The notes below the pieces were generated by a model. The model searched no databases. It was given only the letters and a program-made list of their open reading frames with translations, and was not told where the DNA came from. The translations under genes and the position numbers were made by a program. A DNA stretch of 64,000 nucleotides from the NCBI GenBank assembly GCA_977018835.1, contig OZ361257.1, forward strand, positions 4,774,001 through 4,838,000, in the 5' to 3' direction. Within the stretch, counting starts at the first letter, position 1, and each line of letters opens with the position of its first letter. Below are positions 40,227 to 49,100 of this stretch, piece after piece. This DNA is from Minutocellus sp. GHC0000111 (Eukaryota).

Positions 40227-43200
40227 CTACATGTAAGTAGACTGGTCGCATGTCGTCATGGTAGCGGGCGGGATTGTGCTTTTTAAAATAATTTGCGCTC
40301 CTTTCCGCCAGCACACCTGGAATTGTCGTTGCTCCATGCGATCTTGGACCCAGTAGAATCTCATGTCCATAGCCTTAGACCGTCTTTGCTTGACGGTTTT
40401 ATTGGCGATTCCAGATGCTGTAGAGTTGTCAACGACGACAGCAGTAGGGGGTTGCGGGTGACCCATTTCTTCTAGTGCTGCCCGGATTGGTGCTGCATCT
40501 TTCATGTTGAAAAATAGTCCTCCCAATTCGGCTTCAGCGGCTGAGGACATTGCATGCTTGATGATGTTGGCATTGACGAGGATGGCTCCATTCATTGGTG
40601 GCATGGGATCACTTGAGTCAGGCTGGCGGTGCGGGTCCTTAGGTCGGGAGCTTAGGTAGAAGTGCCCTCTGAGCTTGCTTCTTGATTTCGGGGCTGATAA
40701 GTGGGAGGCGTCGCTATGTACATGTGGGATCATGTCTGACTTGACGTGTCGAATGACTGCGTCGGGATGGGTTGCAAGGTAATCTAGAAGCTTCTTGGCA
40801 TCTTGTCGAGTGCGCTCGGTAGCTTTGGATTGTTCCGCTGAGATGCTGTTGAGCGCCGGTAAAATTGTTGAATCAATTGCTCGACCATAGCACAAGGAGC
40901 TGCCCACCACCTGTTGAATTTTGTTGATGCCTTTGGCGTCGAGTGGTGGTGAGTCGTCTTCCGGTTCTGGCAGCTGGGGTCCCGGGCCATACGTCGGATG
41001 ATTCCATCGACATGGCGCATGCTCGGGCCGTGAGGGGCGGTCGTGTTGGAACTTGTGGCGCATCTCCTTGACGTAGTTAGGCATAGATAGATCCACCCAT
41101 TTGGCCTCGTAGTTCCACTCGAGTTGAACACCACAATAAAGTCGGCCTTCCCAATCGGTAGTGATCTTATACTTGGAGTTGAGGGCCTGAATGAGATGGT
41201 CTGCATGCTCTTTCCCGACATGCTTTGCTCCAAAATCGTCAACGGTTAGGCAAAAGGTAATTGGGCGGGTTTTGTGCCTCCAAAGGCCGGCAGTTCGCTT
41301 GCATGGGAAATAGCCATGGGGTTTGAGATGCTTGACAAGTTGATCGTAGGCTAGGCGCCCTGCCTGGGGTAATCCATGCATTCCGCCATCGATTCTGACC
41401 AATACTCGACCATTCTTTACTTTGTCGTGGAGGTCGTAGGCTTCCATGACTTTGTCGGGGATGAGAGCTACTGGCGCCCACATCCATTCTGGCTCTGGCA
41501 TGGTGCTATTGAGATAGAAGTCACTGATATCAATTCCCATGAAACGAGCGTTGTCTGTAGAGATGACGCTGTTGAAAAGTAACTTTGCAGTCAACATTTC
41601 AGCGGTCGGGGTCGAGACTGTACCAGGGTAATGAATTTTGTCGCCTCCTGCAGTCCATCGAACTCGATTGGGATTTGGTTTATGGGAGCGATAGTCGGCG
41701 ACAATGCGGAGGTATGTGGCTTTTTTCCCCCGAGGCAGTTCGGACCAGTGGACGAAAGCCATTGTATTGGAGGGAATGCTAGCACTGTTTCCAACTCGGC
41801 CGTCCGTTAGCCGTCCAATTTCATCGATGTTTGCTTGAATGAATTGGTCCCTCATGTTCGTTTTGAGGAGGTCGCGGTATTCAAGCATTGCACCAGTGTC
41901 GGGATGGACGACGGCGTTAGCAAAGTGTTGGAGGTTTGGTAAAGGCGAGAAAGCTGCCATGTTGGCCACGTGGTGGGTGCTACGACGAGATGATGGCCGT
42001 GGGGGAGGGTTCCGATGTGGAATGTACCCTCGCTGACGGTATGATCGTCGTCGAGGTGGTTTGGCGGTCGATGGTTTGGACTTGCTTGTCGATTTTGCTG
42101 GAGCTGGTAATGTTGGAGTGGCATCGATCGTTGGAGACTTGCGTTTACGTTGCCGACGGGAGGTGGGGGCATTGGAACTTTGATTGGATGTTACGACGGT
42201 TGCATCGTCGCCGTTGGGCTCGTCTACTGCAACCAAAGGATTGTAGCAGTTGGAAGAAACTGACGAGCGAGGTGGCGCGTTGGATCGACGTGATCGACGG
42301 CTTTTAGTGGTGGCTGCATCATATGTGGAGGATTTTGCCACCCTCGGAGGTTGCTGGGGCTGAGGTAACGGAGCGTTGGGGTTGGAGACAAGGTGACGGC
42401 CTGCTTCAGTCTCGTTCATCTCTTCTACGTCGTCGTCCTCGTATTTGATTTTGTAGTGCTTATACTTCTTGTCAAATGCAACGACTCTACCCTTGTAATT
42501 GCGATCTCCAAACACTTTGGCGACGATGGTACCGTGGCCGAATCGTTGGGAGTCGTCATCGTTCTCCAGCACCCTCGGAGCTGCGGTTGTCTGCATCGTC
42601 TCATCAGAGGCGGAGGTGGCAGATTCTGCTGGGGTCACTCTGTTGAAAATCTCGGAGAGCTTTTCTAAAGCTTGACGATGCTCGTCTCGAAGGGGAGCAA
42701 GGGGTGCCGCTGGATGTGGATTCTGTAGAGCGTGCAGGAGTTCATGAGCTGCGACTATTGCTGCATCGGCCGACGACGTTTTGGGTACCGGAATCATTTT
42801 GGGGAGCCAGACGAGTGTGTTACCAGTGCGTTCCGCCCGAGTTTCCTCAATCCAAACCTTGTAACACCGGTAGTGTTCCATGGCTGGACCGACATAGTAC
42901 CCATCAACGCCATGCGGGGACCAAGAGCCGCGTGCCGAGGGCATCTCGTGAAAGATGACCTTGCATCCGAGGGGGCCGAGAGGCGTGCGATTGAAATCAA
43001 AGCCGCCATTGAGTTGCTCGTACGCTGATAGTCGAGGGTTGACTCGGGATGCTCTCAGGAAATTGAGGGTCATTACCGCCTGCTCCAGCAATTTATCCCA
43101 CAAGATGAGGGGAAAGTCGGGATCGGTACCACAGAGAATCGCAATGAAATGATTCTTAAAGGTTCGAATGGCTCGTTCGGCCGCATTTCGGCGGTGGGAG

Positions 43201-44354
43201 TGCGTTGGGGTCAATTGAAAATCTACATCCTTTTCTTCCATGAACTCCTTCAGCTCTCGACTCACTTCATTATCCAATCGTTGCAATTTTGGGCGAAATC
43301 CTCGCTTGGAGAGGTATTCGAAAATAGTTTGGTACGCTCGGCGCATTTCCGTTCCCGATCGGCTTTTCATTGGTTCGGCCAAGATGCTGTTGGAGTCATA
43401 GTCATAGACGACCATTATGTGCTGGTGGCCAGAAATAGACGATACCAAGAAACGGCCGGGCTGATCTGAGAAGATCTGGCCCGTTATGTCATGACAATCA
43501 GCAAAGACATAGTTGGTGCGCTGTTGGTGTTGTGCCGGGTGGAGATCCTGCTCGGTTTCGTCCACCCCAGGGAGAGATTTTGGCGTAGCCATCGACCGTT
43601 TGGGCTTGGTCGACCTGATGTTCTTGCGCTGCTGGTCTAAGTGACCTTTAATCATCGGCATCGACTGTGGCATGTGCTTACGTACAAGCTTTGATGTGAG
43701 GCCTGGCCAAGATCTATAAAATCCCGCATCGATTGCTTTGCACCAGGTAGATAGCTGAGGACTGCCAGCGCACCAATGTAAAAAGGCTACACGTTCCGGA
43801 ACCGTCTCCTGGGCAATTGCGGCGTTGGCAGCATGTTGGATGACGTTGGGGCCGGGGAGCGGCGACATGGTGGGCGAGCAATTAAGATCTACCATCCACA
43901 ATTTCGTTGAGGGGTCTCGTTTACCTTGCAAAATGACGGTGTTGTCCTTGGCGATGACTACCGAATCCTTATCGAAAGTGGCAACACATCCATCGTCACA
44001 CAGCTGCCCAATCGATAGGAGCGATGATGCCATATTGTTGAAAATATAGGCCTTGCTAGCCGATGGGGAAACCCCAGGGAGGCGAAGCGTGGCCTCGTGG
44101 GTGTTCGTCATTGTGCTGTTATCCGGAAGGGTGACGCTGATAGGAATTGCTGTCTGTTGGACGCTGAAAATAGGGCCATCGTACGATAGGTATTGGGGCT
44201 TCTGGACAAAATGTCCCGTCGTTCCAGTATCTGCTGCGAGGACGATTGGCTCTTGAGTTGGAGGTTTGCTTTTTGACGTAAGAAAAGCTAACGAAGGCGG
44301 GGAGGAGGTGGATTCAGATATGCTATCCTCTGTTTTATACTGATTAATATCCAC
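40227..44354 (-). CDS. pol: Pol polyprotein, copy B (PR-IN-Tudor-like-RT-RNase H); probably inactivated
   Basis: Protease ADTGTTGHF; integrase SDQPG / RLDNE / NAAERAIRTFKNHF; RT IDISDFYL, GLPQAG, VDDFG; RNase H HSDAS, AEAE, VDN. Frameshift near the C-terminus (~40291-40297). Confidence 0.93.
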   Translation of the reverse strand: MDINQYKTEDSISESTSSPPSLAFLTSKSKPPTQEPIVLAADTGTTGHFVQKPQYLSYDGPIFSVQQTAIPISVTLPDNSTMTNTHEATLRLPGVSPSASKAYIFNNMASSLLSIGQLCDDGCVATFDKDSVVIAKDNTVILQGKRDPSTKLWMVDLNCSPTMSPLPGPNVIQHAANAAIAQETVPERVAFLHWCAGSPQLSTWCKAIDAGFYRSWPGLTSKLVRKHMPQSMPMIKGHLDQQRKNIRSTKPKRSMATPKSLPGVDETEQDLHPAQHQQRTNYVFADCHDITGQIFSDQPGRFLVSSISGHQHIMVVYDYDSNSILAEPMKSRSGTEMRRAYQTIFEYLSKRGFRPKLQRLDNEVSRELKEFMEEKDVDFQLTPTHSHRRNAAERAIRTFKNHFIAILCGTDPDFPLILWDKLLEQAVMTLNFLRASRVNPRLSAYEQLNGGFDFNRTPLGPLGCKVIFHEMPSARGSWSPHGVDGYYVGPAMEHYRCYKVWIEETRAERTGNTLVWLPKMIPVPKTSSADAAIVAAHELLHALQNPHPAAPLAPLRDEHRQALEKLSEIFNRVTPAESATSASDETMQTTAAPRVLENDDDSQRFGHGTIVAKVFGDRNYKGRVVAFDKKYKHYKIKYEDDDVEEMNETEAGRHLVSNPNAPLPQPQQPPRVAKSSTYDAATTKSRRSRRSNAPPRSSVSSNCYNPLVAVDEPNGDDATVVTSNQSSNAPTSRRQRKRKSPTIDATPTLPAPAKSTSKSKPSTAKPPRRRSYRQRGYIPHRNPPPRPSSRRSTHHVANMAAFSPLPNLQHFANAVVHPDTGAMLEYRDLLKTNMRDQFIQANIDEIGRLTDGRVGNSASIPSNTMAFVHWSELPRGKKATYLRIVADYRSHKPNPNRVRWTAGGDKIHYPGTVSTPTAEMLTAKLLFNSVISTDNARFMGIDISDFYLNSTMPEPEWMWAPVALIPDKVMEAYDLHDKVKNGRVLVRIDGGMHGLPQAGRLAYDQLVKHLKPHGYFPCKRTAGLWRHKTRPITFCLTVDDFGAKHVGKEHADHLIQALNSKYKITTDWEGRLYCGVQLEWNYEAKWVDLSMPNYVKEMRHKFQHDRPSRPEHAPCRWNHPTYGPGPQLPEPEDDSPPLDAKGINKIQQVVGSSLCYGRAIDSTILPALNSISAEQSKATERTRQDAKKLLDYLATHPDAVIRHVKSDMIPHVHSDASHLSAPKSRSKLRGHFYLSSRPKDPHRQPDSSDPMPPMNGAILVNANIIKHAMSSAAEAELGGLFFNMKDAAPIRAALEEMGHPQPPTAVVVDNSTASGIANKTVKQRRSKAMDMRFYWVQDRMEQRQFQVCWRKGAQIILKSTIPPATMTTCDQSTYM

Positions 44355-44366
44355 CGTCCCTCCCGC

Positions 44367-45647
44367 TCAGTTACGACGCGAGCTACCACCGCAAGGATTG
44401 TACTTGGTGGCGTTATCAACGTGGTTGGGCCCTTTGCAAGTGCATTCAAAGCTGGGGTGGTTGGACGAATAGCCGCACGTGTGGCAATAATGGCCTCTGG
44501 GGAGGATCGACTGCAGTTCCCGCTTCTCCTGGTGGTTGAGGTTAGGACCTTGGCCTGGGAAGTGGCCGGCGCCGTTCTGCTGGCCACCGCCGCGGTAGCC
44601 TCCACTGCCACCAGTGTGGTTGCGTCCCTCACGCAGAACGCGGTTCTCGGCCTTGAGTGAAGCTATTTCTTGGCGAAGTTTGGCAATGGTGTCATCCTTC
44701 TCGTTGCTCTTTTTGGCGAGGTTCGCCATCATGGCTTGGTTGGTCTTGAGGGCTTCGGTGGTATCAGCCAAAAGGAGATCGGCTCGAGAAAGAAATGGAT
44801 CGTCCGAGGCCGATGAGGCCAAATTCGCGCCATGATATCCTGCCGCTTCGGTGGTGGTATTGGCCATCTTCTTATCACACCAATCGCGGAAGTCCGACTG
44901 CATGTTGGCCCACGTGCGTTCGGCCTCCGGTCTGTCGTCCCAGTCCTCGCATGCCTTCTTTGCCAATGAGAACCTGCGCACGGAGCGGTAGAACTTGGAG
45001 ACCTTTTGCTTGTTGGTGAAGGGTTCGCCGGCCGTTTCAAACGCCTTGAAGACTTTGTTGAATATGGCGATGTGGGTGTCGATGGGTCCCCCGTCGTGCT
45101 GCTTCTCGAGCTGCTTCTCTAATTCCTCCTTCTGAGTCTCGTTGAATTTCAAGTAGCGATCGGCAATGCTGTCGATGATTTGGCGGATGGTGACTGGCTG
45201 GAAACCGAGCATGTCATCTTCGAGATGATTGATGTAGACGGCGTCGATCGAGTCGAGGAGGAGATTCTTGATCGCCGTGTTGACTTGCTCGTGCAAGTTG
45301 TAGTGGCCCTTTTCGATGTGATGTCCCCGGATTGCACGATCGCGTTGGTCTAGATTGGCCACGGCGGGAATGGTGGGGCTGGGGCCAGGATTTGCCGGAG
45401 GCACATGTGGTCGGCCGTTACTTTTGGTGGTGTGTTCGGCATCGCTGACGACGAGGCCCAAATGGCCGAGGTCATGGTCATTGTGCCCTGCTGGAATGCT
45501 GGCCGCCGCTTGTTGAAGTTCCTTGAGAGCTTTGGCAACACGCTCGCGTTGGGGAGGTTGTCCTGGGTCATTCATACGTGTGATTAACTTGGTGGGGAGA
45601 ATCGGCGCTGCGCCGAGAGGTTGGCCAAAAGCTGCGTTGGGATTCAC
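44367..45647 (-). CDS. gag: Gag, copy B (426 aa; ORF opens at GTG)
   Basis: N-terminal GHLGLV motif, coiled-coil segment, Gly-rich linker and C-terminal zinc knuckle YCHTCGYSSNHPSFEC...H; lies between the 5' LTR and pol. Confidence 0.88.
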   Translation of the reverse strand: MNPNAAFGQPLGAAPILPTKLITRMNDPGQPPQRERVAKALKELQQAAASIPAGHNDHDLGHLGLVVSDAEHTTKSNGRPHVPPANPGPSPTIPAVANLDQRDRAIRGHHIEKGHYNLHEQVNTAIKNLLLDSIDAVYINHLEDDMLGFQPVTIRQIIDSIADRYLKFNETQKEELEKQLEKQHDGGPIDTHIAIFNKVFKAFETAGEPFTNKQKVSKFYRSVRRFSLAKKACEDWDDRPEAERTWANMQSDFRDWCDKKMANTTTEAAGYHGANLASSASDDPFLSRADLLLADTTEALKTNQAMMANLAKKSNEKDDTIAKLRQEIASLKAENRVLREGRNHTGGSGGYRGGGQQNGAGHFPGQGPNLNHQEKRELQSILPRGHYCHTCGYSSNHPSFECTCKGPNHVDNATKYNPCGGSSRRN

Positions 45648-45925
45648 GCTGGTGTTTCAGTCAGCGAAGACAGTCAGCACGGCGGTGTTGCTGCGAGACG
45701 TGTGATCGACAGAAGGTTCGATCCAGAGAAGTGTGATCGATTGGATGGGTCGATCTGGTCAGGACTTCCGGGGAAAAGATTGGATCGTCGTTCCAATATT
45801 GTCGAAAGAAACGGTCGTTTTGGCCGATTGAAGATGTGTCGGTTTTTCTTGCGTGACGAGTGAGAACCCAAGACAAACCGGTGAGGTGCGAACCGAAATG
45901 GGGCGAGCACAGGTGGAAAAGATGT

Positions 45926-45937
45926 ATCACGTAGGTC
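45926..45937 (-). other. Primer-binding-site position, sense GACCTACGTGAT, complementary to an LTR segment; also 55905-55916
   Basis: Directly follows the 5' LTR terminal CA; lacks TGG; inverted repeat with 45992-46004. Confidence 0.6.
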
Positions 45938-46133
45938 TGCTAAGAGGTCCTAAAGCTAAGCTAGATAGATATAGCTAGTAGAGGTTAATAGGACCTACGT
46001 AGATGAAAAATGGGCCATCGGAGATGTCGTTGGGCCATGGATCAAGGGTCAGGAGAGGGCACTGAGTCAGTGGTCTGATCACCGTACGTACCGTACGTAT
46101 GTATACGTACGTAAGTATCCCACGGTATCAACA
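45938..46133 (-). repeat. 5' LTR, copy B (196 bp)
   Basis: Direct repeat of 39972-40167 with 11 substitutions (counted by eye). Confidence 0.95.
46060..46114. promoter_or_regulatory. Putative bZIP-type sites in U3 (CACTGAGTCAGTG and clustered TACGTA)
   Basis: AP-1/GCN4-type TGAGTCA core in a 13-bp dyad, plus repeated ACGT cores in the U3 part of the LTR; function inferred only. Confidence 0.35.
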
Positions 46134-49100
46134 CAGGGTGCTCCTGTGGTCGAATATGAGTTTCTCCAGTTAGGAGCGCCCTAACTTTCCCAACGATGCT
46201 GGCGATGCCAACACCACCCCCACAAAGATGCATGCTTTCGCTGCAGTGTAATCACAGGACACTGCTCACCACATGCATTCCTTGCTGCTCTCACATGGCA
46301 ATGAATGGAACATGAGCTTTGGTAGAGATCAGGGTGCTCCTATGGTCAAACATGAAATGCTCCAGTAAGGAGCGCCCTGGCTTTCCCAACGCTGCTGGTG
46401 ACGCCCACACCCCCCCCACAAAGATGAGTGCTTTGGCTGCAGTGCAATCACAGGACACTGCTCACCACATGCATTCCTTGCTGCTCTCACATGGCAATGA
46501 ATGGAACATAAGCTTTGGTAAAGAACAGGGTGCTCCTATGGTCAAACATGAGTTGCTCCAGTTTTAGGAGCGCCCAAATTTTCCCAACGCTGCTGGCGAC
46601 GCCCACACCCCCCACAAAGATGAGTGCTTTGGCTGCAGTGCAATCACAGGACACTGCTCACCACATGCATTCCTTGCTGCTCTCACATTGCAATGAATGG
46701 AACATGAGCTTTGGTAGAGATCAGGCAGGGTGCTCCTATGGTCAAACATGAAATGCTCCAGTAAGGAGCGCCCTGGCTTTCCCAACGCTGCTGGCGACGC
46801 CCACACCACCCACAAAGATGCGTGCTTTTGCTGCAGTGCAATCACAGGACACTGCTCACCACATGCATTCCTTGCTGCTCTCACATGGCAATGAATGGAA
46901 CATAAGCTTTGGTAGAGATCAGGGTGCTCCTATTATTGATGTGAGTTGCTCCAGTTAGGAGCGCCCTAGTTTTCCCAACGCTGCTGGCGACGCCCACAAA
47001 GATGAGTGCTTTGGCTGCAGTGCAATCACAGGACACTGCTCACCACATGCATTCCTTGCTGCTCTCACATGGCAATGAAGGAACATAAGCTTTGGTAGAG
47101 ATCAGGGTGCTCCTGTGGTGACAACTGAGTTGCTCCAGTTAGGAGCGCCCTAGTTTTCCCAATGCTGCTGGTGACGCCCACACCACCCACAAAGATGCAT
47201 GCTTTGGCTGCAGTGCAATCACAGGACACTGCTCACCACATGCATTCCTTGCTGCTCTCACATGGCAATGAATGGAACATAAGCTTTGGTAGAGATCAGG
47301 GTGCTCCTATGGTCAAACATGAGTTGCTCCAGTTAGGAGAGCACTGATTTTCCCAACGCTGCTGGCTGGCGACTCCCCAACCACCCACAAAGATGCATGC
47401 TTTGGCTGCAGTGCAATCACAGGACACTGCTCACCACATGCATTCCTTGCTGCTCTCACATGGCAATGAATGGAACACAAGCTTTGGCAGAGATCAGGGC
47501 ACTCCTATGGTCAAATGTGAGTTGCTCCAGATAGTACAGCCCTAGTTTTCCCAACGCTGCTGGCGACACCCACACCACCCACAAAGATGCGTGCTTTGGC
47601 TGCAGTGCAATCACAGGACACTGCTCACCACATGCATTCCTTGCTGCTCTCACATGGCAATGAATGGAACATAAGCTTTGGTAGAGATCAGGGTGCTGCT
47701 ATGGTCAAATGTGAGTTGCTCCAGTTAGGACAGCCCTAGCTTTCCCAACGCTGCTTTTGACGCCCACACCACCCACAAAGATGCGTGCTTTGGCTGCAGT
47801 GCAATCACAGGACACTGCTCACCACATGCATTCCTTGCTGCTCTCACATGGCAATGAATGGAACATAAGCTTTGGTAGAGATCAGGGTGCTGCTATGGTC
47901 AAATATGAGTTGCTCCAGTTAGGACAGCCCTAACTTTCCCAACGCTGCTGGTGACGCCCACACCACCCACAAAGATGCGTGCTTTGGCTGCAGTGCAATC
48001 ACAGGACACTGCTCAACACATGCATTCCTTGCTGCTCTCACATGGCAATGAATGGAACATAAGCTTTGGTAGAGATCAGGGTGCTCCTATTGTCAAATGT
48101 GAGTTGATCCAGTTAGGACAGCCCTAACTTTCCCAACGCTGCTGGCGACGCCCACACCACCCACAAAGATGCGTGCTTTGGCTGCAGTGCAATCACAGGA
48201 CACTGCTCAACACATGCATTCGTTGCTGCTCTCACATGGCAATGAATGGAACATAAGCTTTGGTAGAGATCAGGGTGCTCCTATTGTCAAATGTGAGTTG
48301 ATCCAGTTAGGAGCGACCCCTAGCTTTCCCAACGCTGCTGGCGACACCCACACCAGCCACAAAGATGCGTGCTTTGGCTGCAGTGCAATCACAGGACACT
48401 GCTCAACACATGCATTCCTTGCTGCTCTCACATGGCAATGAATGGAACATAAGCTTTGGTAGAGATCAGGGTGCTCCTATGGTCAAATGTGAGTTGCCCC
48501 AGTTAGGAGCGCCCTAGTTGTCCCAACGCTGCTGCTGGCGATGCCCACGCCACCCACATAGATGAGTGCTTTGGCTGCAGTGCAATCACTGGACACTGCT
48601 CACCACATGCATTTCTTGCGAGGAGCGCCCTGGCTTTCCTAACGCTGCTGGCGACCCCACACCACCCACAAAGATGCGTGCTTTGGCTGCAGTGCAATCA
48701 CTGGACACTGCTCACCACATGCATTTCTTGCTGCTCTCACATTGTAATGAATGGAACATAAGCTTTGGTAGAGATCAGGGTGCTCCTATGGTCAAATGTG
48801 AGTTGCTCCAGTTAGGAGCGCCATAGCTTTCCCAACGCTGCTGGCGACGCCCACACCACCCACAAAGATGAGTGCTTTGGCTGCAGTGCAATCACAGGAC
48901 ACTGCTCACCACATGCATTCCTTGCTGCTCTCACATGGCAATGAATGGAACATAAGCTTTGGTAGAGATCAGGGTGCTCCTATGGTCAAATGTGAGTTGC
49001 TCCAGTTAGGAGCGCCCCCTAGCTTTCCCAACGCTGCTGGCGACACCCACACCACCCACAAAGATGCGTGCTTTGGCTGCAGTGCAATCACAGGACACTG

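Larger units (their letters stand above)
39972..46133 (-). mobile_element. Full-length Ty1/copia LTR retrotransposon (CoDi-like), copy B, 6162 bp
   Basis: Two 196-bp LTRs with TG...CA ends (39972-40167, 45938-46133). 5-bp TSD CAGGG at 39967-39971 and 46134-46138. PPT next to the 3' LTR. Gag followed by pol in PR-IN-RT-RH (copia) order. Confidence 0.96.

Noticed and set aside
40293..45930. Short antisense and overlapping ORFs in the element (env-like or extra gene)
   Set aside because: Shadow ORFs of gag/pol, lengthened by TpA scarcity; no space for an extra ORF between pol and the PPT.
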